DNA from: Chrysomallon squamiferum
Lineage: Eukaryota; Animalia; Mollusca
NCBI GenBank assembly: GCA_012295275.1
Contig: CM022679.1
Location: 5,642,001-5,706,000 of the forward strand
DNA length: 64,000 bases
Reading direction: 5' to 3'
The notes beneath the pieces were generated by a model. It saw nothing but the letters and a program-made list of their open reading frames with translations. It made no database searches and was not told the DNA's origin. Positions 60,301-64,000 of this stretch are shown one piece after another. Each line of letters begins with the position of its first letter. Position 1 is the stretch's first letter. Made by a program: the position numbers and the translations under genes.

Positions 60301-63300
60301 CACACTCTGAACTCCATGATATGCTCAGGAATAAAGTATTTGTGTATTTCTTTATGTATGTTTAACACTACTGTGGTGTTGTTAGAAAATTGAGTTTACT
60401 TTCCAGTACTGCCTATTTTCTGTGCTGAAGATCTCCTCTCGAGCAATGTCACAGCGATTCCATGCAAGAGCCAATGCCAGCTGAGAATTTGCATTTGATT
60501 TGTTGGCTAAAAATTATGTAAAAATTATGTAAAATTATTTAAATAGTGTATATTAGTGTATTTATAAATTTATAATAACAAAATAAAATAATAATTGTAA
60601 ATAAATGAATTTAAAAAATAATATCTTAATGGAATTTTTTTTAAATAATAATATATAAAAATGTAATTAAAAAATATTAAATAACAGATATTATTTTGTA
60701 AATTCTTAAGAATAAAGAAAAATAAAAATGTTCATGGATAATAGTACTGGAGAGATAAATTATATGGACACACACATAAACTTTTAGAGTATATGAAATT
60801 TACCAACAAATAATTATTATTTGATATGTAATAAAAATTGTAAGTAACCTTTAAGCAAGGCATAAAGAATTGCTCGGTCAATATCCTTATTGGAATCAGC
60901 TGTTTCAAGATTAAAAACTGTAATCTGAAACAAACACACCATGGAAAATCAGTGGTGAAAAATAAGCAACTTTCCTGGAATTATGTATAACAGTTACTGC
61001 TTTTGGTGCCTCTAATTTAAACAATACAATACAATTCAAACATTTTGTTTATACAAATTAGCTTAGCAGGGACATTTTTAAAAAAAAAATTGTTAAGAGG
61101 AGTGGAGTTAGAACACAAGACAAATAGGGATATATATCAAATATATCAAATATCCAGAATAATTTATACTAATCTCTTATGGAACTGTCTTTCTCTTTAT
61201 ATTTGTAATGGAATTCATTTCTAAGTATATCTATCACAATGATTTTTCTCTTCTTTTCTGACAACCTAATTACTTAACAAAACATTTATGAAAAATAATA
61301 CTGTAGATGTATTTACCAGTCTTCTAAATTGTAAAGTTTCTTTCAGACTATGAAGACATTCATGGATTTTTTTCTCTCTCTCATCTTCACTGTTTCTATT
61401 CCATACAAAGATTTTTCTGGCACTGTCTTTCATTGTTTCATCAAATTTTCGAGGGAAATCAGATTTCTCAGGACTTGAAAACAGAATTAAATAAAAATAT
61501 AATAGTAAAATGAACTGAACATTAATAATCTAATTTGTCTTGCTGTGAAATAACTTCTTTTCTGACAACAATCTATGAAATGTATTTAGGTGATCAATTT
61601 ATCAAAATCTGTCACAGAAAATCTTTAGTATACACCTTAAAATTAACAAACTAATTGTCAAAAATAATAATTAAAACACTCAGACAAAGAAATGTCTTTG
61701 GTAATCTGGAAGTATATTCAATATATTTAGCCACTTATTCACACCACCAAAGATACATTTTATAATTAATAATACATGGTTGGATTTAAATTGTCCTAAA
61801 TCCTCTTCAGCATAATATATATTTAGAAAAAAAGAATTTAAAAAAAAAACTAAACTAAAAAACAACAGTTGTGAACATCATATTATAATCATTCTTTACT
61901 AATCAGGATATTTCAACTTAGTGTTTTACTGATTTAAATTTTTCTAGTAACAGAAATTGGTAAATTTTTAATAAACTCTCTTTCTTTAGTCAACAAACAG
62001 ATCCCCAATTTATAATAAGAACAAGAAGAAAAAGAACAACAATAACAAAAAAAATACATAATATTAAAAGACTAAGAAAAACCCACAGAAACTCACTCTT
62101 TTTTACTAGGTTTTGTAAGTTTATAACCTAGAGATATAAAGTCTGCTGCTTTCCCAGTTCCCTCTATGACAACAACAGGTGTATGTTGGAGGACAGATTC
62201 ACGTACGGTTGCCATGGTATTTACACCACCCTCCACCACCAAAATCACATTAGGAACATGCACACCTGGAGTAATAAAAGTAATGATATAATAACAATAA
62301 TATAATAAAGTTCTGTTACAGTAAGTGATTTCAAATATTTTTCTATCTGTAGTTTTACAAATAATTTTATGTAATCTGACAATTTCTCTACAGGGTTACA
62401 ACTGTTTGTTTTGTTGTGTATATTTAATGAATATTAATTTGACTGAAAGCAACATATTGTGTTTAATCCACGTTTTAATATGTCATAATGATTGTTCAGC
62501 ATATAAAATTCTATTTATACTAAGACACTTGCTGTAATAACATTCATACAAAACTTTTTTATATTTAGAGGTTATGAAAATCAAATTCAATTTTATATAT
62601 ACAAACATACAGACAGACATACATATATAAATTACACACACACATACATATAAATAGTGCCCTCAAATTTATTTTAATCAATGAGTTTGGTTTAAAAAAA
62701 AAATCAAATAAAAATAAATTTTGACATCTCATTCCCAGATAAGAATACACACAAATAAATACACACACACACACAAACACAGTTACATCATTTTGTACAT
62801 TCATATTCACCTTCTCTCTGAAACTGTCATTTATTTTTTAAATTAATAAACATTTATAAAATTCTACTGTGCTTACTTTGATTCTGAGAAAGGCCTGTTT
62901 CCACCTTTCTTGATATATAACTTTCAAGAGCTGTTCTGAATTTTATTTCCCCTCCATAAATATTTTCTGTTCCATTGTCAACAAGTATGAAGTGGGAATG
63001 ATTGTGATCTAATGGGGCACCTTTAGCATCCATCTGGATATCTTCAATGGCATATGTTGCAGGAAAGAGTCCTTCATCCTGATATATTATTATATTTTAT
63101 TCAAATCATAAAATAAAAACAAAGTGTACAAAGAGAAAGATAAAAACAGAGAGAAAGAGAGTGACAATATTTTCTTAAAAATATAAAACATATCTTAAAA
63201 CTTTTACCACATACATTAACAAACAATATTTGTGAATAAGTGATAATTCAGTTCAGCATATATTTTTTATTCTAAATCCAAATTTAAAAATATCCATTAA

Positions 63301-63984
63301 CATACATCTTTTTTAAACAGGGCATACAAAAATCTAAATCCAGTAAACTTGAATCAACTTATAAAATTACAACTGTTAACTCTTTGAACTTTTTGTCCTA
63401 AATTTCCAGTCTAGCCAAGAAGTATATATGTATTATATTCCTTGTGATATTTTTCTCTTGCCAGTTTATATTCAACTAATGTTATATATAAAAATGTCAA
63501 AGATCACAAAGGTAAATATATTGTGTGACTAGTCCACATATACCAAATCTTCCATATGTGCCTACCACTGAACACTTCAGTCTGATTTCACAGCTTTTGT
63601 TTTAATTTTAAAATTATCAGAGTCCAAAGATTTAATAATTCAACAATTTCATAAACAGTACATAACAAATACATAAAAAGTGACATCTCAAATATATTAA
63701 GTTTGTTGATTTATATTTTTTATGATAATTATTTATTATAGTTATGTCAGTTAGGGATCAACAGTTTACCAGTGTATATCTAATTATGCAGTACATATAT
63801 AAACAATTCAAACTCACCCCTTCTCCATCTAAAGCAAATCTGTTGGAAACTATTCCCCATGTCGCAATACCTAGGGCCACAATTTTCTCATCTTGGATGC
63901 CATGAGCCATTGTATATTCATGTACAGCTTCTCCAACAATCTGCATAATTCCTGTTCCTGTGCCTCCAGTAATAATCCAAGCTC
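47649..63984 (-). CDS. TRPM: TRPM-family cation channel (TRPM2-like pore, no NUDT9-H); 5' part outside window; one apparent +1 frameshift
   Basis: Exons 63984-63818, 63078-62877, 62265-62097, 61473-61317, 60924-60849, 60506-60400, 59884-59750, 59574-59512, 57686-57560, 57079-56969, (56702-56679), 55141-54992, 54508-54409, 53742-53517, 53172-52822, 52498-52355, 51953-51699, 51515-51340, 51155-50999, 50366-50179, 49325-49193, 48738-48601, 47841-47649. Motifs: [81 protein letters not shown]. Confidence 0.93.
47800..48110 (-). repeat. Four tandem copies of the TRPM last-exon acceptor plus the first ~38 nt of the exon
   Basis: Units of gtctcagaaatgctgtctctcctgatac(t/g)gaactgaaaa with AG acceptors at 47842-3, 47918-9, 47999-48000 and 48095-6. 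Confidence 0.85.
53832..54042. mobile_element. Possible piggyBac-like MITE in a TRPM intron
   Basis: TTAA|CTCTTTGCAC ... GTCCAAAGGG|TTAA: short imperfect terminal inverted repeats (8/10) flanked by TTAA, about 200 bp. Confidence 0.4.
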
Positions 63985-64000
63985 CTACAAAATATAATTA

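Overview
AT-rich, microsatellite-rich, intron-containing animal DNA. A lophotrochozoan or mollusc origin is my impression only. Exons were spliced by hand from GT/GC-AG sites and frame continuity. The window holds: (1) a tandem array of three minus-strand GH18 chitinase-family genes (signal peptide + TIM barrel + linker + CBM14; copies A 523-6636, B 12911-18997, C 25760-31257); (2) an intact 8-exon GH29 alpha-L-fucosidase (34669-41236, +) head-to-head with copy C; (3) a TRPM channel (minus strand, 47649 to beyond 63984, 5' end outside the window) with no C-terminal NUDT9-H domain; (4) a rearranged relic at about 8.4-11.9 kb joining a fucosidase exon-1 copy to inverted 3' exons of a diverged TRPM paralog; (5) decayed DNA transposons. 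Main observation: no chitinase copy keeps the catalytic DxDxE glutamate. A reads DLDWD, B reads DLDWH, and C, which has the most canonical motifs, has had that segment deleted and is a pseudogene. A and B are intact 474-aa ORFs whose differences cluster in cleft-lining loops, which suggests a young, diversifying secreted chi-lectin (pseudo-chitinase) family. Identity figures are visual estimates. Some single-base lesions could be assembly errors.
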